A stretch of 32,000 nucleotides of DNA, from contig NZ_JHUX01000009.1 in the NCBI RefSeq assembly GCF_000619845.1, positions 30,001 to 62,000 on the forward strand, given 5' to 3'. Origin of the DNA: Alkanindiges illinoisensis DSM 15370 (GTDB lineage: Bacteria; Pseudomonadota; Gammaproteobacteria; Pseudomonadales; Moraxellaceae). The notes under the pieces are model-generated. The model searched no databases. It had not been told where the DNA came from and was given only the letters and a program-made list of their open reading frames with translations. Each line of letters opens with the position of its first letter. Within the stretch, counting starts at the first letter, position 1. The translations under genes and the position numbers were made by a program. Below, in pieces: positions 9,350 through 16,575 of this stretch.

Positions 9350-10123
9350 TTAAATACTTTTTTGATTAACCCGTTTTGACAGTTCTTCGGCAGACTCTTT
9401 GCGTTCCGAATAACGATCTACCAGATAATCCTGACGACCACGCAGCAACAGGGTAAATTTCACCAGCTCTTCCATCACATCAACCACCCGGTCATACAGG
9501 GCTGACGGCTTCATCCGTCCTGCGTCATCAAACTCCAAGAATGCCTTGGGAACCGAGGATTGATTGGGAATGGTAAACATGCGCATCCAGCGGCCTAAAA
9601 TGCGTAGCTGGTTTACTGCATTAAATGATTGCGAGCCACCACTCACCTGCAGCAGTGCCAGAGTCTTGCCCTGTGTGGGTCGTACCGCACCCTGTGATAA
9701 TGGAATCCAGTCAATCTGGCTTTTCATGATGCCGGTCATGGCACCATGTCGCTCCGGAGTACACCACACCATGCCTTCTGACCATAAGGCCAGACTGCGC
9801 AGCTCCTGTACCTTAACGTGGCTTTCATCCTCACTATCTGGTAAAGGCAAGCCATCGGCATGGAATACCTTAACCTCACAGCCCATGTATTCCAGCAGGC
9901 GTTGTGCTTCTAATGCCAGAAAACGGCTATAGGAGCGCTTACGCAATGAACCATATAAAATCAAAATACGTGGTGGGTGACTCAGCGCCTGATCTGTTTC
10001 AACCTGTAGCTTGGTGGGTGCCAGCAACAGGTCAGTATCCAGACTGGGTAACTCATGCGGCTTAGTTGACACGGTTGCCCTCCGCATTAATGACCCGTTC
10101 ACCATCTTCCTTGGTAAAGGCAT
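9350..10123 (-). CDS. arsH: ArsH, NADPH-dependent FMN reductase family
   Basis: [27 protein letters not shown] and the rest align by eye to ArsH. The start is uncertain: internal ATGs at 10105 (AAGGAAG upstream) or 10087 are more likely than 10123. All options overlap the 3' end of the upstream arsC. Confidence 0.88.
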   Translation of the reverse strand: MPLPRKMVNGSLMRRATVSTKPHELPSLDTDLLLAPTKLQVETDQALSHPPRILILYGSLRKRSYSRFLALEAQRLLEYMGCEVKVFHADGLPLPDSEDESHVKVQELRSLALWSEGMVWCTPERHGAMTGIMKSQIDWIPLSQGAVRPTQGKTLALLQVSGGSQSFNAVNQLRILGRWMRMFTIPNQSSVPKAFLEFDDAGRMKPSALYDRVVDVMEELVKFTLLLRGRQDYLVDRYSERKESAEELSKRVNQKSI

Positions 10124-10496
10124 TTAATTGAGGCAGTGGCAAAATATCCAGTACTACTTCAGAAGGCCGACACAGGCGAATGCCCAGTTCAGTCACCACA
10201 ATGGGCCGGTTAATCAGGATCGGATGCTGAAGCATGGCATCAAGCAGCTGATCATCAGTCCATACCGGATCATCCAGATTAAGCTGGATGTATGGCTCAA
10301 CATTTTTGCGTAGCACTTCCCGAATACTTAGGCCTGTCCCTGCGATAAGGGTCACCAGTTGTTCCCGACTTGGCGGGTTATTCAGATATTCAATAATCTC
10401 AGGTTCAATACCGGTATTACGGATCAGTGCTAGTGTATTGCGTGAGGTACCACAATTGGGGTTATGGTAAATCACCACAGTTTTAGAATTAGTCAT
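10062..10496 (-). CDS. arsC: Arsenate reductase, glutaredoxin-coupled (ArsC/Spx family)
   Basis: 144 aa. The motifs [24 protein letters not shown] and a C-terminal FTKEDGERV are as in R773/E. coli-type ArsC. Confidence 0.85.
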   Translation of the reverse strand: MTNSKTVVIYHNPNCGTSRNTLALIRNTGIEPEIIEYLNNPPSREQLVTLIAGTGLSIREVLRKNVEPYIQLNLDDPVWTDDQLLDAMLQHPILINRPIVVTELGIRLCRPSEVVLDILPLPQLNAFTKEDGERVINAEGNRVN

Positions 10497-11019
10497 ATTC
10501 TGGACTCAGGGTTAGTTGCCCGATTTGATTTAATTCCTGTTGTAAGGAAGTGCGTTCAAGCGTATGCAAGGGTAAGGCTGCAAAAATCTGGATACGATTG
10601 CGCAACTGGTGAAAAGTCTTTAAGAAATATTTACGTGTCTCGGCAGGATTACCCTCAAAGCGGGCAGGATCTTCTAAACCCCAGTGTGCTGAAATGGGTT
10701 GACCCGGCCACACTGGACAAGTCTGGCCAGCCGCTTTATCACAAACGGTAAAAATAAAATCCATATGCGGTGCATTGGCCTGACTAAACTCATCCCAGCT
10801 TTTACTGCGTAGGTTTTCAGTGGGATAACCAATGGATTGCACCAACTCAATGACATAGGGATTAATCACGCCAGTGGGATCACTGCCAGCACTGTAAGCC
10901 TGAAATTTTTGGTCGGGTAAACTGTTGAAAATAGCCTCAGCCATAATGCTGCGTGCTGAGTTACCGGTGCATAAAATTAAAACGTTAAAGCGCTTATCCA
11001 CCGCATGATCTAGGGACAT
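10489..11019 (-). CDS. arsC: Arsenate reductase, LMW-PTP type (second copy)
   Basis: FNVLILCTGNSARSIMAEAIF and TVCDKAAGQTCP are present. I prefer the ATG at 11019 (MSLDHAV..., AGGAAATAAGT upstream) over the track start at 11073, which overlaps arsR. Confidence 0.85.
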   Translation of the reverse strand: MSLDHAVDKRFNVLILCTGNSARSIMAEAIFNSLPDQKFQAYSAGSDPTGVINPYVIELVQSIGYPTENLRSKSWDEFSQANAPHMDFIFTVCDKAAGQTCPVWPGQPISAHWGLEDPARFEGNPAETRKYFLKTFHQLRNRIQIFAALPLHTLERTSLQQELNQIGQLTLSPEYD

Positions 11020-11051
11020 ACTTATTTCCTGATAATAACCCCTGAAAATTT

Positions 11052-11378
11052 TCAGGTCTGGTTGAGGTCGCACCCCATCTCTGGCGTGCAGGGAACGCCG
11101 TTACAACAGTTTTCGGTGAGATAAGCCAGCAAGGTATTCATGGTGTCAAAATTGGCACTATAGATGACATAGCGCCCCTCTTGCCTTGAAGTGACCATGT
11201 CAGCATGGCTCATTTCCTTAAGATGAAAAGACAGGGAGGATGGGGCAATCCCAGTAGATTCACTAATACGGCCAGCAGGCATGCCATCAGGCCCTGCTTG
11301 AACCAATAGACGGAAAATAGCGAGGCGGGATTCTTGGGCGAGTGCTGCCAATGCAGCGACGATATGTTTAGTTTCCAT
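11052..11378 (-). CDS. arsR: ArsR/SmtB-family metalloregulator
   Basis: 108 aa with a winged-HTH core (ESRLAIFRLLVQAGPDGMPAGRISESTGIAPSSLSFHLKEM). The C-terminal Cys cluster (CCNGVPC) is typical of As(III)-sensing ArsR variants. It is the first gene of the ars cluster. Confidence 0.85.
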   Translation of the reverse strand: METKHIVAALAALAQESRLAIFRLLVQAGPDGMPAGRISESTGIAPSSLSFHLKEMSHADMVTSRQEGRYVIYSANFDTMNTLLAYLTENCCNGVPCTPEMGCDLNQT

Positions 11379-11708
11379 AATTCAATAATATTTGAAATAT
11401 AGAATTAAGTAAATATAATTTTATAAGTTTTCAAGATAGTTAAAACTTTATTTTAGACAAATTGCGACAACAAAGAATTCTGAATAATTAATAGAATCGG
11501 TAATCAAAATTTTCCACTTTAAAGAATTCTATATTTTTTGCAGAAATGATAAGGATGAAATAAAATTTTTATAATTAAGCAGTTGTTTAACCAGAAGATA
11601 CTCAAAAGTAGTAAGAGGCTTTGAGCACTAAACAGGACAGGACAGTCTGCATCCATCAAGAGTAAGGATCTATCCAATTGCTATAAACTGATTAAGAAAT
11701 AGGATCTG

Positions 11709-12302
11709 TTATACACCTATGCTTTGGCTACGTTTCTTTTCAAGAAAAAACGTGTCAATTAACAAAAAAATCACACCTAAAGTAATTGAACTATCTGCCA
11801 AATTAAATACAGGAAAACTCCAAGTTTTTTCATAATGGATATGTATAAAATCAATTACATAACCTAAAGTTATGCGGTTAATTAAATTACCAATTGCACC
11901 ACCTAAAATCAGTGAAACAGCGATGGGTAAAATGATCAATCTCTTTGGTATACGCATCAGCCAAAAAATAAAGAGCAGGGAAACAACACTTGCTAAACCT
12001 GTAAATAAATAACGTTGCCAACCCCCTGCATCGGATAATAAGCTAAAAGCTGCCCCATGGTTATATGCTAACGTCCAATCAAAAATATGTGGAAGAACCT
12101 GGATAGAATCAGAATAAGCACAAATTTTTTCTACGTCCTCTTGACATGGTAAATCTACATGAGGAATTTTCGTTAAAGCAATCAATTTTGTCCATTGATC
12201 TAAAACAATGGCAAGGACAGCAAGCCCAAGCCAAACCAAGTTATGAAGATAAAACTGAAATACGCCATTTTTGGTTGAATTCGTTTGCATGGTATTAGGC
12301 AT
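11709..12302 (-). CDS. lspA: Lipoprotein signal peptidase (SPase II) paralogue
   Basis: 197 aa with TM helices plus the motifs GGAIGNLINR and FNLADSSI. It carries an unusual Cys-containing insertion (PHVDLPCQEDVEKICAYSD). Confidence 0.85.
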   Translation of the reverse strand: MPNTMQTNSTKNGVFQFYLHNLVWLGLAVLAIVLDQWTKLIALTKIPHVDLPCQEDVEKICAYSDSIQVLPHIFDWTLAYNHGAAFSLLSDAGGWQRYLFTGLASVVSLLFIFWLMRIPKRLIILPIAVSLILGGAIGNLINRITLGYVIDFIHIHYEKTWSFPVFNLADSSITLGVIFLLIDTFFLEKKRSQSIGV

Positions 12303-12353
12303 GTTTTCTCACTTCGCCACCGCATGTAACATTGATTTCCATCGTACTCATCT

Positions 12354-14192
12354 TCAATTAACCATTAAACGACTAATAACTTGATAAGTTATAAAAGAAA
12401 ATAGATAAGCCAATGAGAAGAGATAAACAGCCATTATAATTGGTTGTTTCCAACTACCTGTTTCTCGACGGATTGTTGCTAATGTTGCAAGACAATGGGG
12501 GGCAAAGATAAACCACACTAGTAGTGACATGCCTGTTGCAAGTCCCCAACCATCAGATCCTGAAATTTGACTGAGTAAACTTTGAGTCACGGCATCTTCA
12601 TCACCCGACATAGCATAGATTACACCTAATGCTGCGATCACAACTTCTCTAGCTGCCATCGCAGGAATTAATGCGATACATATTTCCCATGTAAAACCAA
12701 TCGGAGCAAAAATTGGATGAATAATATGCCCTAACTGCCCAGCAAGACTATAGTTAATCGCAGGCATAGTTGCATTATCAGGTGGTTGAGGGAAAGTCAC
12801 TAAGAACCATAGCAAAACAGACAGTGCGACAATAATTCCACCCACTCTCTTTAAGAAAATAGTTGCTCTATCATAAAGACCCAAAGCCACATTTCTAATA
12901 TCTGGAATACGATATGTTGGTAATTCAAAAATGAAAATACTTTCAGTTTTATCTTGCCTAACTAATTTTAAAAATAAAGAAACCAATAAAGCCGATACAA
13001 TTCCTGACATGTAAAGCCCAAACAGAACTAAACCCTGCAAACTTAGCCAGCCATAAACTAATTTGTTTGGAATGAATGCTGCTATCAATAATGCATATAC
13101 AGGTAATCGAGCAGAGCATGTCATCAATGGCGCAATCATAATCGTTGCCAAACGATCTCTTTCAGAACTGATACTTCTAGTCGCCATAATTCCTGGAATG
13201 GCACAAGCAAAACTTGAAAGTAATGGAATAAATGAGCGCCCACTTAAACCTGCTTTAGACATTAATTTATCTAACAAAAAAGCAGCTCTAGGCAAGTAAC
13301 CTGACTCTTCCAAAATTAAAATAAAGAAAAATAAGATAAGAATTTGAGGCATATAGGCAAGCACACTACCTGCACCTGCAATAACACCATCAACAATCAA
13401 ACTTCTTAATAATGGATAGGAAATCAAAGATCCAACTGCACCACTTAGCCAAGCTATAGAGTCTTCAATAAGTGCTATGAATGGTTGCGCCCAAATGAAA
13501 ACGGCTTGAAACATTACAAACATAGTGAGTGTCAGTATTAATAATCCAAAAATTGGATGTAAAAATATTTTATCTAAAAAAGCAGTTCGCTTATCACCAT
13601 TGTCATTTTTTAGAATGACTTGTTTAGTAATATATTTGATTTGATCGAAATGACTTAGAGCAGAGTGATAAGGCGCAGTAAATGACTTCTTTTGATCCAA
13701 TTGATCCAATAGACTCTGAATGCCTTTTGTTTTTACTGCGACAGACTCAACAATAGGAATGCCTAAAAGCTGAGATAACTTCGAAGTATCAATGGAAATC
13801 CCACGCTTTCTAACTTCATCCATCATATTCAAGACGAGTAACATTGGTCTATTTAAAGCCCTAACTTCCAATACAAGACTTAAATGAAGATGAAGATTCG
13901 TAGCATCGACCACGCATACAAAAATATCAGGAATAACTTCACCTTTGAGTTCACCGAAGCAAACAGCCCTTGTTACTTCTTCATCTAAACTGCTCGGTTT
14001 TAAACTATAAGTCCCGGGCAAATCTAAAACTCGAACTGCATCACCTGAAGGTAATTTAAAAAAACCTTCCTTGCGTTCAACAGTAACACCTGCATAGTTT
14101 GCAACTTTTTGGCGAGTACCAGTGAGAGTATTAAATAGTGAAGTTTTACCGCAATTGGGATTGCCAATAAGTGCAATATTTTTAGTGTTCAT
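12354..14192 (-). CDS. feoB: Ferrous iron transporter FeoB (short, 612 aa)
   Basis: The N-terminal G-domain reads IALIGNPNCGKTSLFNTLTG ... DLPGTYSL. A polytopic membrane domain follows. It overlaps feoA by 11 nt. Confidence 0.9.
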   Translation of the reverse strand: MNTKNIALIGNPNCGKTSLFNTLTGTRQKVANYAGVTVERKEGFFKLPSGDAVRVLDLPGTYSLKPSSLDEEVTRAVCFGELKGEVIPDIFVCVVDATNLHLHLSLVLEVRALNRPMLLVLNMMDEVRKRGISIDTSKLSQLLGIPIVESVAVKTKGIQSLLDQLDQKKSFTAPYHSALSHFDQIKYITKQVILKNDNGDKRTAFLDKIFLHPIFGLLILTLTMFVMFQAVFIWAQPFIALIEDSIAWLSGAVGSLISYPLLRSLIVDGVIAGAGSVLAYMPQILILFFFILILEESGYLPRAAFLLDKLMSKAGLSGRSFIPLLSSFACAIPGIMATRSISSERDRLATIMIAPLMTCSARLPVYALLIAAFIPNKLVYGWLSLQGLVLFGLYMSGIVSALLVSLFLKLVRQDKTESIFIFELPTYRIPDIRNVALGLYDRATIFLKRVGGIIVALSVLLWFLVTFPQPPDNATMPAINYSLAGQLGHIIHPIFAPIGFTWEICIALIPAMAAREVVIAALGVIYAMSGDEDAVTQSLLSQISGSDGWGLATGMSLLVWFIFAPHCLATLATIRRETGSWKQPIIMAVYLFSLAYLFSFITYQVISRLMVN

Positions 14193-14439
14193 TTATGATC
14201 TCTACAAAAATTCGTTCAGCTTCATTTTTTCTTAGTGCAAAGCGTGATGTTTCGATTTGAACTAAGATCGGATCACCACCGAACAGACCTTTTTCAAGAA
14301 CTTGTAGAGATTCACCAACCCTAAAACCCAATAACTCAAGCCGCTCAAGTACAGGATCTTTGTTATCGTTACATTGATTCCCCTTTTTGAGATCAATAAT
14401 TTTTACAAACTGCTTTTGCTTCACTTGAAATAAGTTCAC
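14182..14439 (-). CDS. feoA: FeoA-domain protein
   Basis: 85-aa SH3-like FeoA pattern (VKIIDL...LERLELLGFRVGESLQVLEKGLFGGDPILVQI). It lies immediately upstream of feoB. Confidence 0.75.
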   Translation of the reverse strand: MNLFQVKQKQFVKIIDLKKGNQCNDNKDPVLERLELLGFRVGESLQVLEKGLFGGDPILVQIETSRFALRKNEAERIFVEIINEH

Positions 14440-14450
14440 GATTAATCATC

Positions 14451-15515
14451 CTATTTCAATGCTAAAATTTTTCGAGCACCATTCAGTACGAAAAAGGAGA
14501 CTATTATCCCGATAATCAAATCAGGGTAAGCAGAACCTGTCCATGCAACTAATACGCCAGCAATAATTACTCCCATATTCACAATGACGTCATTTGCTGA
14601 AAAAATCCAACTTGCTTTCATATGAGCACCACTATCTTTATGCCCAGAAATAAGATACAGACACGTCACATTTGCAATGAGTGCTAAGAAACCGATAATA
14701 ATCATCAAATCTGATTCGGGTTCACTACCAAGTATAAATCGTCTGATTACATCAACAATAACGATTAGGGCTAGCAATAACTGAATCCATCCTGCAAAGT
14801 GAGCTGCTTTTATTTGATATTTTGCTGCCTTTCCAACCGCATAAAGTGCAATGCCATAAACAGCAGCGTCAGCGAACATATCGAGAGAATCTGCTATTAA
14901 CCCTGTAGATGCTGCGATAATGCCACTTATAAATTCAATGAAAAAAAGCACAGCATTGATTGCGAGAAGAACTTTTAAAACTTTAGCTTGTTTTGTCGGA
15001 TCAGAGCTGTCAGGTAATGTGCCCGTTGATTCAGTCGTACTTTCAAGCTTCGCACCGAAACCGAGAGCTTCAAGCTTTGATGTTATTTCTAAAAGACCAT
15101 CTGTATGAAATACTTTTAATTTTCTATTTGGAAGATCAAAAACCAAGGCCTTTACTTCACCCAAAGGTGCTAAAGCCATTCGCACCATTTGTTCTTCAGC
15201 AGAACAATCCATTTTTGGAATAGTGTAATCACTAATGAAATTCCCGCTATTTGTATCCTTATTAGTATTCTCTAGTTGATCAATCATATCTGTACCACAA
15301 CATGATTGGGTTTTTGTTGAACAAGACTGGTTAATACTACAAGTGTCTATTTCAATAGCACTTTTTGATTCATGATCCGTATTCTTACTGCAACAAGATT
15401 TATTCGTTTTTTCAATAGATTGATCTAATTTATTGCAAGATGCAGTTTCAGATTGATCAGATTCTAACTTAGTATCGTTGCAAGAATTTTCTTTATTACA
15501 GCTGCAACCACTCAT
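14451..15515 (-). CDS. Cation diffusion facilitator-type transporter with a Cys-rich N-terminus and an MDCxxEE-type HMA domain
   Basis: 354 aa. The Cys-rich leader reads MSGCSCNKENSCND...CCSKN...CSINQSCSTKTQSCCG. The HMA-like domain reads YTIPKMDCSAEEQMVRMALAPLGEVKALVFDLPNRKLKVFH. Six TM helices carry CDF motifs (IADSLDMFADAAVYG; SANDVIVNMG). No C-terminal cytoplasmic CDF domain is present. Confidence 0.75.
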   Translation of the reverse strand: MSGCSCNKENSCNDTKLESDQSETASCNKLDQSIEKTNKSCCSKNTDHESKSAIEIDTCSINQSCSTKTQSCCGTDMIDQLENTNKDTNSGNFISDYTIPKMDCSAEEQMVRMALAPLGEVKALVFDLPNRKLKVFHTDGLLEITSKLEALGFGAKLESTTESTGTLPDSSDPTKQAKVLKVLLAINAVLFFIEFISGIIAASTGLIADSLDMFADAAVYGIALYAVGKAAKYQIKAAHFAGWIQLLLALIVIVDVIRRFILGSEPESDLMIIIGFLALIANVTCLYLISGHKDSGAHMKASWIFSANDVIVNMGVIIAGVLVAWTGSAYPDLIIGIIVSFFVLNGARKILALK

Positions 15516-15550
15516 AGATATGCCTATAGTCCTATTTTCACTTATTGCAT

Positions 15551-15581
15551 ATTAAAATCCCTATAGCTACTATAGAGTCAA
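15551..15581 (-). promoter_or_regulatory. MerR-type promoter/operator (19-bp spacer) driving the CDF-feoAB-lspA genes
   Basis: The minus strand reads TTGACT-CTATAGTAGCTATAGGGAT-TTTAAT. This gives a -35 and a -10 separated by 19 bp, with a CTATAG-N3-CTATAG dyad in the spacer. The site is divergent from the MerR-family gene. Confidence 0.7.
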
Positions 15582-15609
15582 GGTTTAATGACACCAAAGT
15601 TGAAGTGCT

Positions 15610-16020
15610 ATGACTATTAAAATAGGTGAACTGGCTAAACGTACTGACTGTCCTGTAGTGACTATCCGCTTTTATGAAAATGAGGGATTATTGCCGCCAC
15701 CGCAGCGGGGTGATAATAATTACCGGTTGTATGATGAAACGCTTGTTGAGCGTTTACAGTTTATCCGTCATTGTCGAGCATTAAATATGTCACTTGAGGA
15801 TATTAAGAATCTTCTTAATTATAAGGACTGGCCTCAGCGAACCTGTGATCGAGTAAATGAGTTACTTGATCAGCATATTGAGCGGGTCGAGTCCTATATT
15901 CAAATCCAACTAAAACTAAAAGAACAACTTGTTTTTTTACGTGGTCAATGCTCAGGATCACGTACTACAGACACATGCGGTGTTTTACGTGAGTTATCGC
16001 AACTGATAACCAATCCTTAA
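15610..16020 (+). CDS. MerR-family metal-responsive regulator (CadR/PbrR-type)
   Basis: 136 aa with an N-terminal HTH (IGELAKRTDCPVVTIRFYENEGLLPPPQR..NYRLY). A coiled-coil dimerisation helix follows. The Cys pattern (TCDRV; CSGSRTTDTCG = CX8C) is typical of Cd/Pb/Zn sensors. Confidence 0.85.
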   Translation: MTIKIGELAKRTDCPVVTIRFYENEGLLPPPQRGDNNYRLYDETLVERLQFIRHCRALNMSLEDIKNLLNYKDWPQRTCDRVNELLDQHIERVESYIQIQLKLKEQLVFLRGQCSGSRTTDTCGVLRELSQLITNP

Positions 16021-16035
16021 TTAGTCAGTTAGTAC

Positions 16036-16066
16036 TTGACTCTATAGTAGCTATAGAGTGTTTACT
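16036..16066 (+). promoter_or_regulatory. Second MerR-type promoter/operator (19-bp spacer) facing the czcI-like/czcCBA genes
   Basis: The sequence reads TTGACT-CTATAGTAGCTATAGAGTG-TTTACT. A dyad with perfect 9-bp arms and a 3-bp spacer, ACTCTATAG-TAG-CTATAGAGT, lies at 16039-16059. The first 21 nt are identical to the promoter at 15561-15581 on the opposite strand. Confidence 0.7.
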
Positions 16067-16141
16067 TGAGAATCCTACTCATTTATAAACAGGAAGAGGA
16101 GAGTAATGCTCAGAATTTGGGTTACTAATTAAATTACTCCT

Positions 16142-16489
16142 ATGAAAAAATTTTTAATTCTTTTGCTAATGATAACATTGCCGTTTCAGGCATCCTGGAG
16201 TGCGGCGGCTGTATTTTGTCAACATGAAAATGAAGCCATTTCAATATGGCATTGGGGACATCATCCTACCTGTAATCTTAAAATAACTCATAAAACGCCA
16301 AAGCATAAAACAAATTTTGCTACTCACAGTGATCATCTAAATATTAACCATCAAGCTATTGAGCAGAAGGAATCATTAGCTCTTTCAGCTAGCCAAGTTA
16401 TGCTTTCTATTGATTTCCCTTATGAACCTTCCATTTTATATCAATCTCCTGTTCTGGAGCAACCTGAACCTCCTTTATGGTCTGTCTAA
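16142..16489 (+). CDS. Secreted His/Cys-containing small protein (CzcI-like candidate)
   Basis: 115 aa with a signal peptide (MKKFLILLLMITLPFQASWSAAA). It is His-rich (CQHENE, HWGHHPTC, HKTPKHK, HSDH). It sits directly upstream of czcC, as czcI does in czc clusters. It has no Shine-Dalgarno sequence of its own. Confidence 0.45.
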   Translation: MKKFLILLLMITLPFQASWSAAAVFCQHENEAISIWHWGHHPTCNLKITHKTPKHKTNFATHSDHLNINHQAIEQKESLALSASQVMLSIDFPYEPSILYQSPVLEQPEPPLWSV

Positions 16490-16575
16490 GTATCAATCCA
16501 TCACTGGTAAGTAAATATATCATTTAACGATGCATTTGCTCACCGTTTTTCATGAATTGAGATATAGGCAGAGTT

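Noticed and set aside
11381-11396. TTCAA-N6-TTGAA inverted repeat just upstream of arsR; considered as the ArsR operator
   Set aside because: The arms are only 5 bp and sit in a very AT-rich stretch where such repeats arise by chance. I cannot support it without a footprint or conservation data.
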